Shown here: piece after piece, positions 51,306 through 60,543 of the stretch
Position numbering within the stretch: the stretch's first letter is position 1
Layout: each line of letters opens with the position of its first letter
NCBI GenBank assembly: GCA_938045195.1
Contig: CALINC010000139.1
Span: 6,039-70,038 of the forward strand
Reading direction: 5' to 3'
Length of the DNA stretch: 64,000 nt
From: an uncultured Treponema sp.
GTDB taxonomy: Bacteria > Spirochaetota > Spirochaetia > Treponematales > Treponemataceae
Notes under the pieces: model-generated
Told to the model about the DNA's origin: nothing
What the model saw: only the letters and a program-made list of their open reading frames with translations
Databases searched by the model: none
Program-made: the position numbers and the translations under genes

Positions 51306-53354
51306 ATGGCAAATACACATGAAATCGTATATGATAATTATTTCGGAACAAAGGTCGCCGATCCTTATAGATGGCTTGAAGACGATAATGCCCCCGATGT
51401 CAAGGAATGGGTACAAGCAGAAAACAAAAAAACGGAAGCGTTTCTTTCACAAATTCCGTTTAGAGGTGAAATAAAGCAACGGCTTGAACAAGTATGGAAT
51501 TATGAAAAACGTTCGGGACTTTTTAAAGCCGGAAAATATTTTTATTTTTTTAGAACAGAAGGTTTACAAAACCAAAGTATTTTGTATCGGCAGACCAATA
51601 ATGAAATTGCCGAAAAAAATCCTGAGTTATTTTTTGACCCGAATACATTAAGTTCAGATGGAACTATTGCGCTAAAAACAACAGCTTTTTCTAAAGACGG
51701 AAAATATATGGCATATTCCGTATCCGGCAGCGGGTCTGATTGGGAAGAGATATTTGTATTTGATGCCGAAAAAAAAGTTTTAACGGACGATCATATCAGA
51801 TGGATAAAATTTTCGGATATTGCTTGGTATAAAGACGGGTTTTTTTATAGCTGTTATGACGCTGCCGATGAAGGGCAAGCATTAACAAAAAAGAATGAAT
51901 TTCATAAAATTAAATATCATAAATTAGGAACTTCTGAAGCGGATGACATTCTTATATTTAATGATGATATTAATCCGCTTAGATCGTTTTCAGCAGCTAC
52001 ATCGGAAGACGAAAATACGCTGTTTATTTATGCAAACGAAGTAGGCAGCGACGGAAACATTCTTTTCATAGCCGATATAACAAACGGTCTACCGAAATCA
52101 AAGAACTGTTTTATTCAATATAATAAAAACTCAAAGAATGTTGTTTACCCGATTGAAACCTATGACGGTTATGTATATCTAAGGACAAATGCAAATGCGC
52201 CTTTTTATAAATTGGTTAAAACGCCGCTTTTAAATCCGTCCGAAGAAAATATCGAGGAGATACTTCCCGAAAAAAAATATCTTTTATCAAACTGTACAAT
52301 TTGCGGAGGAAAAATTCTTACGGTATATTTAAAAGATGTTCAAGACACTGCGTTTATTTACGGCATCAACGGGAAAAATGAAAAAGAAATTGCTTTGCCT
52401 GAAAACGGAAGCATTGGTTTTTCAGGTGCAAAAAAAGATGAAAATATTTTGTTCTTTAATTTTACCTCATATACAACGCCCTCTAAGATAATCAAATATA
52501 ATATAGAAAAAAACGAACTTAAAGATTTTTTTATTCCCGAAGTGAATTTTAATTTATCGGAATATAAATGTGAGCAAGTTTTTTTCAAAAGCAAAGACGG
52601 AACAAAAGTTCCTATGCATATTGTTTCAAAAAAAAATATTAAATTAGACGGAAACAATCCTACAATTATGTACGGTTACGGCGGTTTTGCAATTTCGCTT
52701 ACACCTGCATTTTCGGCGGCAAGAATTGCTTTCCTTGAAAGGGGCGGAATTTTTGTATGCGTAAATTTACGGGGCGGATTGGAATACGGTGAAAAGTGGC
52801 ATGAAGCCGGAAAGAAAATGAAAAAGCAAAATGTATTTGACGATTTTATTTCCGCTGCCGAGTATTTAATTAAAAATAAATATACCTCTTCAAAAAAACT
52901 TGCAATACAGGGCGGTTCAAACGGAGGGCTTTTAATAGGAGCCGTAACAAATCAACGCCCCGAACTTTTTGCAGTTGCAATTCCGCAGGTAGGCGTTTTG
53001 GATATGCTTCGTTATCATCATTTTACAATCGGTTGGGCATGGGTTGATGAATACGGCAGCAGCGGCGATAGCAAAGAGATGTTTGAATACTTGTATAAAT
53101 ATTCACCATTACATACAATAAAACCGAATACGGAGTACCCTGCAATTTTAATTACAACGGGTGACCATGATGATAGAGTTGTTCCTGCACATTCATTTAA
53201 ATATGCGCAAGCTATGCACGACACATATAAAGGGAAAAACCCCGTCTTAATCCGTATAAGCGAAAAAGCCGGACATGGTGCAGGCAAACCCACTACAAAA
53301 ATTATTGAAGAAACGGCGGATATTTTCTCGTTTGTATTTTATATCACAGCTTAA
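51306..53354 (+). CDS. Prolyl oligopeptidase (S9A)
   Basis: DPYRWLED, YGYGGF, GGSNGG, DHDDRV and AGHG catalytic triad. Confidence 0.96.
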   Translation: MANTHEIVYDNYFGTKVADPYRWLEDDNAPDVKEWVQAENKKTEAFLSQIPFRGEIKQRLEQVWNYEKRSGLFKAGKYFYFFRTEGLQNQSILYRQTNNEIAEKNPELFFDPNTLSSDGTIALKTTAFSKDGKYMAYSVSGSGSDWEEIFVFDAEKKVLTDDHIRWIKFSDIAWYKDGFFYSCYDAADEGQALTKKNEFHKIKYHKLGTSEADDILIFNDDINPLRSFSAATSEDENTLFIYANEVGSDGNILFIADITNGLPKSKNCFIQYNKNSKNVVYPIETYDGYVYLRTNANAPFYKLVKTPLLNPSEENIEEILPEKKYLLSNCTICGGKILTVYLKDVQDTAFIYGINGKNEKEIALPENGSIGFSGAKKDENILFFNFTSYTTPSKIIKYNIEKNELKDFFIPEVNFNLSEYKCEQVFFKSKDGTKVPMHIVSKKNIKLDGNNPTIMYGYGGFAISLTPAFSAARIAFLERGGIFVCVNLRGGLEYGEKWHEAGKKMKKQNVFDDFISAAEYLIKNKYTSSKKLAIQGGSNGGLLIGAVTNQRPELFAVAIPQVGVLDMLRYHHFTIGWAWVDEYGSSGDSKEMFEYLYKYSPLHTIKPNTEYPAILITTGDHDDRVVPAHSFKYAQAMHDTYKGKNPVLIRISEKAGHGAGKPTTKIIEETADIFSFVFYITA

Positions 53355-53378
53355 TTTTATTAGGCAAAGGAGCTTTTT

Positions 53379-55004
53379 ATGGAGTGGTGGAAAAAAGAAG
53401 TTATCTATCAAATTTATCCTCGAAGTTTTTGCGATTCAAACAATGACGGTATTGGGGACATAAACGGTATTATTTCAAAATTGCCGTATTTAAAAGACTT
53501 AGGCATCGGTGCACTTTGGATTTCTCCGGTAACCTGTTCACCGGATTTTGATAACGGTTATGATGTTTCGGACTATTGCAATATCGATCCTAAATTCGGA
53601 ACTATCGGCGACTATAAAAAGCTCGTAAAAGAAGCGAAAAAATTCGGTATAAAAATAATTATGGATTTGGTAATAAATCATACCAGTTATATGCACAAAT
53701 GGTTTATTGAGTCGAAAAAAAAAGACTCTCCATATCATGATTATTATATATGGAAAGAACCGAAAATAATCAACGGAAAAAAATATCCGCCTAATAATTG
53801 GGATAGCATTTTTTTAGGTTCCGCATGGAAATATTGTGAAGAAAACGGTTTATATTATCTTCATCTTTTTACCGAGCAGCAGCCCGACTTGAATTATCAT
53901 AACCCTAAAGTTATTGAAGAAGTAAAAAGAATTTTAAAATTTTGGCTTGATATAGGAGTTGCCGGTTTTAGATGCGACGTTATAAATTTAATATATAAAA
54001 CTTCTTATAATGACGGAAAAAAGAAACGTGCAAAAACCGGAAGCGAATTTTATCTTTCTCAAAAGGGAAGCCACGATATTTTAAAAGAACTTAATCGTGA
54101 GGTTTTAAAACCGTATGGTGCTTTTACCGTAGGAGAAACTATGGATGTTGCTCTGGAGGACGCGAAGTTATTTACGCAAGATGAATTAACACTTGTATTC
54201 CCGTTTGAACACACAAGCGTAGATTGTTGGTTTAACTTGCCTGTGTTTAAGCGCAAATATAATCCCCAACGGATGATAAACACATTAAAAAAATGGCAGC
54301 TTAAAATGCCGTGGACACCTATATTTTTTGAAAATCATGATCAAACCCGTTCCGTTTCGCGTTTCGGGAATACAACGCAATATTATAAAGAAAGCGTAAA
54401 AATGCTCGCAACGGTTTTGCTTACATTAAAAGGAACTCCCTTTATTTATCAAGGAGAAGAAATAGGAATTCCGAATACGAAGTTTTTAAATATTGATGAA
54501 ATAAATGACGTTGCAACCAAAAATATATTTTTAATGTTTAGAAAGATGCACTTTAGTAAAAAGCAGGCTTTTAAATTTGCAATGAATTACGGGCGCGATA
54601 ATTCCCGTACTCCCATTCCATGGGATAATTCCGAAAACGGAGGTTTTTCTAAAGTAAAACCATGGCTCCGCACAACCGATACTTATCAAACAATAAATGT
54701 AAAAAACAACTTGGAAGAAGTTGATTCATGCTTTAATTATTATAAAAAATTAATTGCGTTAAGAAATACCAAAGAAATTTTACAAACAGGCGATATTGAA
54801 TTTATCAATGCCGGAAAAAATATTTTTGCGTATTACCGAATATTAAATGGTGATAAAATACTCGTTTTATGTAATATGTCCGATAAGAATGTAAAGTTAA
54901 AAATTACAATTTCGGGGCAGCCTATTTTATTCAATTATAAAAATTTTAGAATGAATGAAAAATATTTACGTCCTTATGAGGCTGTTATTTTTGAATTATT
55001 ATAA
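53379..55004 (+). CDS. GH13 alpha-glucosidase / oligo-1,6-glucosidase
   Basis: YQIYPRSF.DSN.DG, DLVINHTS, QPDLN, GFRCDVIN, TVGE and ENHD. Confidence 0.95.
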   Translation: MEWWKKEVIYQIYPRSFCDSNNDGIGDINGIISKLPYLKDLGIGALWISPVTCSPDFDNGYDVSDYCNIDPKFGTIGDYKKLVKEAKKFGIKIIMDLVINHTSYMHKWFIESKKKDSPYHDYYIWKEPKIINGKKYPPNNWDSIFLGSAWKYCEENGLYYLHLFTEQQPDLNYHNPKVIEEVKRILKFWLDIGVAGFRCDVINLIYKTSYNDGKKKRAKTGSEFYLSQKGSHDILKELNREVLKPYGAFTVGETMDVALEDAKLFTQDELTLVFPFEHTSVDCWFNLPVFKRKYNPQRMINTLKKWQLKMPWTPIFFENHDQTRSVSRFGNTTQYYKESVKMLATVLLTLKGTPFIYQGEEIGIPNTKFLNIDEINDVATKNIFLMFRKMHFSKKQAFKFAMNYGRDNSRTPIPWDNSENGGFSKVKPWLRTTDTYQTINVKNNLEEVDSCFNYYKKLIALRNTKEILQTGDIEFINAGKNIFAYYRILNGDKILVLCNMSDKNVKLKITISGQPILFNYKNFRMNEKYLRPYEAVIFELL

Positions 55005-55019
55005 TGCACCCATTTATAA

Positions 55020-55061
55020 TAACATCCCCCGCTATTGATTATTAAAAAGCGGGAGACGTTA
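55020..55061. terminator. Hairpin between convergent GH13 and ferritin genes
   Basis: Imperfect stem taacatcccccgct...agcgggagacgtta. Confidence 0.5.
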
Positions 55062-55067
55062 AATCAT

Positions 55068-55138
55068 AAAATCAACAACCCCGGCGCAGAGCGTACGTTG
55101 CGCAGCAACAGGGTATTAAACTCTCCGCACGAATAAAC
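55068..55138 (-). repeat. Short copy of the hairpin MITE-like repeat, inverted
   Basis: Reverse complement gtttattcgtgcggagagtttaataccctgttgctgcgcaacgtacgctctgcgccggggttgttgatttt. Confidence 0.88.
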
Positions 55139-55623
55139 TATTTGCGTTCACCTAGTTCTTTATCCAAAAAGAGCAATGCAGTATTATCATCGATAAATTT
55201 AAATTTATCTAAAATTTCATCTACATTTGCTTCTTCTTCAACTTGTTCGGTAATAAACCACTGCAAAAAAACTTGTGTTTTAAAATCTTTTTCTGCAAGA
55301 GCAAGCTCATATAATTTATTTATGGAATCCGTTACTGTTTTCTCATGCTTTAAGACAAGTTCAAAAACTTCTTGAGCTTTCCCGTATTCGGTTTTAGGAG
55401 CTTCCAATCTTCCGAGTGCTGGCTTTGAACCTGCGTCAAAAAGGAAGTTGTAAATCTTCATAGCATGTTCCATTTCTTCTTGAGCCTGTTTGTGCATCCA
55501 TCGGGAAAAACCGCGTAATCCTTCAGCTTCAAAATGAGTTGCCATTCCCAAATATAAATAAGCTGAAGCCATTTCCTTATTAATTTGTTCATTTAAAGCT
55601 TTTGCTAATTTTTCGTTAAACAT
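55138..55623 (-). CDS. ftn: Non-heme ferritin
   Basis: LNEQINKEMASAYLY, EEMEHA, HEK.VT and LQWFITEQVEEE. AAGGAG SD before ATG 55623. Confidence 0.95.
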   Translation of the reverse strand: MFNEKLAKALNEQINKEMASAYLYLGMATHFEAEGLRGFSRWMHKQAQEEMEHAMKIYNFLFDAGSKPALGRLEAPKTEYGKAQEVFELVLKHEKTVTDSINKLYELALAEKDFKTQVFLQWFITEQVEEEANVDEILDKFKFIDDNTALLFLDKELGERK

Positions 55624-55645
55624 AAAAATCTCCTTAGTTCTTAAT

Positions 55646-55674
55646 AAGATAATACTATTCCGAATAATAGTCAA
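55646..55674 (-). promoter_or_regulatory. Ferritin promoter with a dyad in the spacer
   Basis: TTGACT-17 bp-TATCTT; the spacer contains TATTC-N-GAATA. Confidence 0.55.
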
Positions 55675-56957
55675 GATAAATCTTTTATCGATTCAATGCA
55701 AGAGAGAAAATGTATATTTTGAAATATTGCGAGCGTATTTTTATAATTATAACCGTCATAAAATATCTCGGTATTTTTAGGTTTTGTTATTTTAAAAACC
55801 GGTTTTTCATCGGTGATTGCCTTGGATTTATGATATTCGGCAGCGGGGATAATTGCACCGCTCTTACCTAAAAATAAATCTTGAGTGCATTCCATAAATT
55901 TATAACCGAAATTATGCAGCCTCTTTGTGCTTTCAACGCTCCCTTTAAAAATTCCGCACATATCGGCTCCGTCAAATTGTTCAAACAAATAGGATGCAGA
56001 TTCTCCCTCTGCTAAAATATAACCGCCTTTTTCGGCAAAAGATTTTACTGCTTCACACATTTTTTTATTTGCCGAAAGCTGCCGGGCAAACGGTTTAATA
56101 TTTCCGCTGCCCAAATATAAAAAATCGCAAGCGGGCAGCTCTTTATCTTTTAACGGTGAAAAATATTCTAGATTGCCCAATGTATTAAGTAAGAATATAT
56201 TTTCGGAATAATATAAATTAATAGCCGCATCCAAAGCTACTGCCGTTTTAATTTTTTTTCCGCTATTGTATTTTTTTAATTGTTTTATTTCAGTTTCTTT
56301 AAACAGTTGAATTACATTATCAATATCTATATTTGTATTTACCGTGCTATCGAGTAAATTTAAAAAATTTAAATCCATTAGTTTATCATTAAGACTAAGC
56401 CCCAATCCTGTTTCTTCAATTTTTAATTTTTCTTCATTTGGGAAAAAACCTAATACATTTAAACCGAGAGTTTCCTCAATCATATTTTTATAAAGCAGAA
56501 ACATTTTTTCATTTATTTTATTTAGAATAATTGCGCAAATTCTTCCTGAAGCAAAATCCAGCATTCCTTTTAACTTAGGAATCATCGTAAACATTTCACC
56601 CATAGGCGTGTATACTAAAATAATATTTATGTCCAATTCTTCCGCTGCCGAAAAAGAAGAATTTTCAAAAGAAGTGCCGATACCGTCGAAACAGCCCATA
56701 ACCCCCTCAATAATCGCATATTCGGAACCGGTAAAACTTAAAGCTGTACGTACGCCTTGCTTACCCATCATAAATAAATCAATATTTCCGGCTGGTTTCC
56801 CCGAAGCTTTTTCCAAGATTTTTCTGTCAACTTGGTCGGGACCTGTTTTAAAACCGGATATATCAAATCCTCTTTTTTTTAAAGAATAAAGAAGTGCTGC
56901 CGAAATAATTGTTTTTCCTGAGTTACTGTTCGGAGCGGAAATCATCAGAGCTTTCAT
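55671..56957 (-). CDS. cbiA: Cobyrinate a,c-diamide synthase
   Basis: SNSGKT, FKTGPD, IEGVMG.FDG, A.D.A.NLYY.EN and YFSPLKD; adjacent to cbiK. Confidence 0.88.
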   Translation of the reverse strand: MKALMISAPNSNSGKTIISAALLYSLKKRGFDISGFKTGPDQVDRKILEKASGKPAGNIDLFMMGKQGVRTALSFTGSEYAIIEGVMGCFDGIGTSFENSSFSAAEELDINIILVYTPMGEMFTMIPKLKGMLDFASGRICAIILNKINEKMFLLYKNMIEETLGLNVLGFFPNEEKLKIEETGLGLSLNDKLMDLNFLNLLDSTVNTNIDIDNVIQLFKETEIKQLKKYNSGKKIKTAVALDAAINLYYSENIFLLNTLGNLEYFSPLKDKELPACDFLYLGSGNIKPFARQLSANKKMCEAVKSFAEKGGYILAEGESASYLFEQFDGADMCGIFKGSVESTKRLHNFGYKFMECTQDLFLGKSGAIIPAAEYHKSKAITDEKPVFKITKPKNTEIFYDGYNYKNTLAIFQNIHFLSCIESIKDLS

Positions 56958-56958
56958 T

Positions 56959-57717
56959 TTAATTATTTTTATGATTGGTAATCGTATTTTCCAATGAGGT
57001 AAAAATTAATTCACGTATTTTAGAAGATTCTCCTAAACCTCTTAATACGGGATATACCGTGTAATTATTTTGTTTTAAAATTTGTTTCCAGCTTTCAGCT
57101 TCATCTCCTGCCATGTCGTTTTGTGCATGATCTCCTGCAACAAACATAAAAGGATAAAGATAAACATCTCTTATCTTCTTTTTTTCAAGGTGCGGCAAAA
57201 TGTCTTGAATGGTTTTTGTCCCCTCAACCGTTCCGATAAAAAAGTTGTTGTAGTTCTTCTCTTGAATTTTCCGCTCAAGAATATCATAGAATTTATCGGC
57301 GGCATGGTATGAGCCGTGTCCCATAAAAATTGCTGCGGTGTTTTCAGGTAATTGCCGTAATTCGAGGGCTGCTATAATTTTTTCAAAATCTGCACCTTCA
57401 TGTAAAAGCGTTTTTCCTAAAATGCAATTTTGAATTTTCAGTTTATCATATTCTGCACCCGGTATAATATGCGTCGGCTGAATATAAATTTCAGTAAACC
57501 CTTGCTTTAAAAGGTTATCTACCGCTTCTTGTGGTGAAGCAATAATAAGCCCATCCCGTTTTTTTAAAATAGAGCGGACGATATTTGAAGTATATGCCGC
57601 TACCACAGTAAAATTGCTAAACCTAATGCAGGCTTCATTTTCAATACGTTCAATAGTTTTACTTCGTGTTTCGGGATAACTTGTTCCGAAACTAGCCAAT
57701 ATAATTGCCTTTTTCAT
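56959..57717 (-). CDS. cbiK: Sirohydrochlorin cobaltochelatase
   Basis: KKAIILASFGTS, QPTHIIPG.EY, MGHG, GTVEG and PFMFVAGDHAQNDM. Confidence 0.95.
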   Translation of the reverse strand: MKKAIILASFGTSYPETRSKTIERIENEACIRFSNFTVVAAYTSNIVRSILKKRDGLIIASPQEAVDNLLKQGFTEIYIQPTHIIPGAEYDKLKIQNCILGKTLLHEGADFEKIIAALELRQLPENTAAIFMGHGSYHAADKFYDILERKIQEKNYNNFFIGTVEGTKTIQDILPHLEKKKIRDVYLYPFMFVAGDHAQNDMAGDEAESWKQILKQNNYTVYPVLRGLGESSKIRELIFTSLENTITNHKNN

Positions 57718-57791
57718 AATTCTAATTATAATACATACTAAACTTAAATGCAAGAGAATATGTTAAATTTAAAATGCGTGTATGAAAAGTT

Positions 57792-58724
57792 TTATATGTG
57801 CATTTTTTCTTTAATCCGCGGGTCAATTAAAGCATAGGCAATATCTACACAAATCAGAGAAACAATATACAAAGAAGAAATAAAGATTGTAAGCCCCATT
57901 ACCATCGTATAATCTCTTTCCGAAATTGAACGTACAAAATACGAACCCAATCCGGGTACGGAAAAAATATTTTCAACAATAAATGTTCCGGTAAATGCAA
58001 AAGCTATTTGCGGACCAAGAATTGTAATAATAGGCAAAGAAACATTTCTTAAAATATGTTTTTTAATAATTCTGCTTTTAGAAGCTCCTTTTGCGCGTGC
58101 AGTTAAAATATAATCTTGATTGATAATGTCCAAATAATTTGCACGCATATAGCGCGAATATTTTGCAATAGGACCGACTGCTAAAGCAATTGAAGGGAGA
58201 ACCGTATGTTTAAAGTCTCCCCAGCCCGTTATCGGCAGCAGATTTTTTTTTATCCCGAAAAAATATTGAAGAAGTTGTGCAAGAACAAAACTCGGAATTG
58301 AAATACCGATGACGGCAACTAAAATAACAGCATAATCGAAATTTTTTCCGCGGTTTGCAGCCGCAAAAATTCCGAATGAAAGACCTATTATAGTTCCGGT
58401 TAATAAGGCTTGCAGACCGAGTCTTGCCGAAACAGGGGCATGAGTTTTAATTACATCGGTAACGCTTCTTCCTCTATAATAAAGAGAGGCTCCAAGATCG
58501 CCGCGTGTAAAAATATTTTTCCAAAATAAGAAATATTGCGTATACAGCGGTTTATTATATCCGTACTCCGAATACAATTCTTCACGGCGCGTTTCCGGTA
58601 AATTTTCCGCAATAGTTTCTATAGGATTACCCGGAATTATATGCACCAAAAAAAAAGTAATACTCGCAATTATAAATATTGTAAAAATTCCATATAAGAT
58701 ACGTTGAATAATAAACCTCAACAT
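57792..58724 (-). CDS. oppB: Oligopeptide ABC permease, OppB-like
   Basis: MLRFIIQR, PGNP, GDLGAS, DYILTARAKG, ENIFSVPGLG and DPRI. Confidence 0.9.
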   Translation of the reverse strand: MLRFIIQRILYGIFTIFIIASITFFLVHIIPGNPIETIAENLPETRREELYSEYGYNKPLYTQYFLFWKNIFTRGDLGASLYYRGRSVTDVIKTHAPVSARLGLQALLTGTIIGLSFGIFAAANRGKNFDYAVILVAVIGISIPSFVLAQLLQYFFGIKKNLLPITGWGDFKHTVLPSIALAVGPIAKYSRYMRANYLDIINQDYILTARAKGASKSRIIKKHILRNVSLPIITILGPQIAFAFTGTFIVENIFSVPGLGSYFVRSISERDYTMVMGLTIFISSLYIVSLICVDIAYALIDPRIKEKMHI

Positions 58725-58791
58725 TTGTAGAATTCCTTTGAGCCTATACCATATCATAAAATTAAAAAAAATGATATACTCATATATTATT

Positions 58792-59994
58792 ATGAATGAC
58801 TTTATTGCTTTATGTGCAGTCGGGGCAGAACCCGTTCTAACAAATGAATTAAAACTTTCGGGGTTTAAACCGTACAATAGATTACCGGGACGTGTGTTTT
58901 TTACTTCTCCTGAGCCGGATATTTTTCTCGCAATGTTCAAGGCTAATTATTTTTTGCGTACCGCCGATAGAATCTTTTTGCTTATTAACACGGCAAAAGC
59001 TGAAAATTTTGACGAACTGTTTTCACTTATATTTTCAACTGATTGGCATAATTATTTTCCTAAAGATGCAAGAATTATAATCGACAAAGTACGTACTTTT
59101 AAATCGAAATTGTCTTCCGAACATGCGGTGCAATCAATAGCGCACAAAGCCCTTTGTGAAAAACTTTGTAAAAAATGGAATATGTATTCTCTTCCGGAAT
59201 CGGGAGATACATTTATTGTCCGCATTTATATAGAAAATAATAATGTGTATGTTTGTTTAGACTTATCGGGCGAACCTCTTTATAGGCGCGGCTATAGATT
59301 AAGCGGCGGCACCGCTCCTATGCGTGAAACTCTTGCCGCCGTTTTATTGCAAATGATGCAGTGGAAAAGAAAAATTCCATTACATGACGCGTTTTGCGGT
59401 TCCGGTACAATTCCGATAGAGGCGGCTTGGTACGCGTATAATATCCCGCCCGGAATTGCACGCAGTTTTGCTTTTGAAAAATTTGCTTGTTTTTCGCCCG
59501 AAAAATCGGCACAAATTCTAACTGAAGAAAAAGGTAAAGCCGCCGCCGCCGTACGCACTGATTGCCTTGCCCGCATCACCGGCTCGGATATTTTACCTGA
59601 AGCGGTTTCGCTTTCGAAAGCAAATGCTGAACGGGCGTGCATTATTGCAGGGCGGGCGCTCAGCGAAGCCGGCATTACGCATCATATAGACCGTCCCGAT
59701 TTTATTCAATCCGATTTTACGGAACTTGAAGCTCCTTACGGCTACGGAATACTTTTGTCAAATCCTCCATACGGCGAGCGGCTGGGCAGCGAAACCGAAG
59801 CTTTGGAATTATATGCGGCAATGGGTGATATTCCTAAAAATTTTCCAAGTTGGAAATTGGGCTTTATCACAAATAAAATACAATTTGAGAAAATATTTTG
59901 TAAAAAGAATAAAGAGGCGGTTTTAAAAAAACATATTCTCCGCGGCGGCAACATGGAAACTTGCTTATATATTTTTAATCAGCAAAAATCTTAA
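58792..59994 (+). CDS. THUMP-domain class I SAM RNA methyltransferase (RlmL-like)
   Basis: LRTADRI, DLSGEPLYRRGYR, APMRETLAA, DAFCGSGTI and SNPPYGER. Confidence 0.92.
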   Translation: MNDFIALCAVGAEPVLTNELKLSGFKPYNRLPGRVFFTSPEPDIFLAMFKANYFLRTADRIFLLINTAKAENFDELFSLIFSTDWHNYFPKDARIIIDKVRTFKSKLSSEHAVQSIAHKALCEKLCKKWNMYSLPESGDTFIVRIYIENNNVYVCLDLSGEPLYRRGYRLSGGTAPMRETLAAVLLQMMQWKRKIPLHDAFCGSGTIPIEAAWYAYNIPPGIARSFAFEKFACFSPEKSAQILTEEKGKAAAAVRTDCLARITGSDILPEAVSLSKANAERACIIAGRALSEAGITHHIDRPDFIQSDFTELEAPYGYGILLSNPPYGERLGSETEALELYAAMGDIPKNFPSWKLGFITNKIQFEKIFCKKNKEAVLKKHILRGGNMETCLYIFNQQKS

Positions 59995-60049
59995 TTCATA
60001 TTTTTAGTCCTGTAGACATAGAGTTAAAAAACAATTAAAATAAAAAAAT

Positions 60050-60511
60050 ATGACTATAGAAATTTACACTGACGGAGCTTGTTCCGGTAATCCCGGTAAA
60101 GGCGGATGGGCTTATATTATAATAGACAAGGATACCGATACGGAAATATTCCGCGCTAACGGTGCCGAAAAAATTACAACAAACAATAAAATGGAGCTGA
60201 CCGCTGTTATTAATGCCTTAAAAAAAATTCAGACGGAACAAATTACCGGATATACAATGCTTTCTGTTTATACCGATTCGCAGTATGTTCAGCAAGGAAT
60301 AAGCAGCTGGATATTAAAATGGAAAAAAAATAATTGGAAAACATCGGCTAAACAGCCGGTAAAAAACCAAGATCTCTGGCAGGAACTCGATGCTCTCTCT
60401 GCATGTCTTAATCCTAAGTGGTTTTGGGTTAGAGGACATAGCGGTAACAAATATAATGAACTTTGCGATACTCTTGCGGTTTCTGCAATGAAGTTAGATA
60501 CGCCCCGTTGA
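60050..60511 (+). CDS. rnhA: Ribonuclease HI
   Basis: YTDGACSGNPG.GG, TTNNKMEL, TDSQY, VKNQDLW and WVRGHSG...NE.CD. Confidence 0.97.
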   Translation: MTIEIYTDGACSGNPGKGGWAYIIIDKDTDTEIFRANGAEKITTNNKMELTAVINALKKIQTEQITGYTMLSVYTDSQYVQQGISSWILKWKKNNWKTSAKQPVKNQDLWQELDALSACLNPKWFWVRGHSGNKYNELCDTLAVSAMKLDTPR

Positions 60512-60543
60512 GTTTTTCTTTAAAACAATATACAATACCTTTT

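Noticed and set aside
57718..57790. Cobalamin riboswitch before cbiK-cbiA
   Set aside because: The gap is only about 75 bp, AT-rich, and the promoter sits directly on the start codon.
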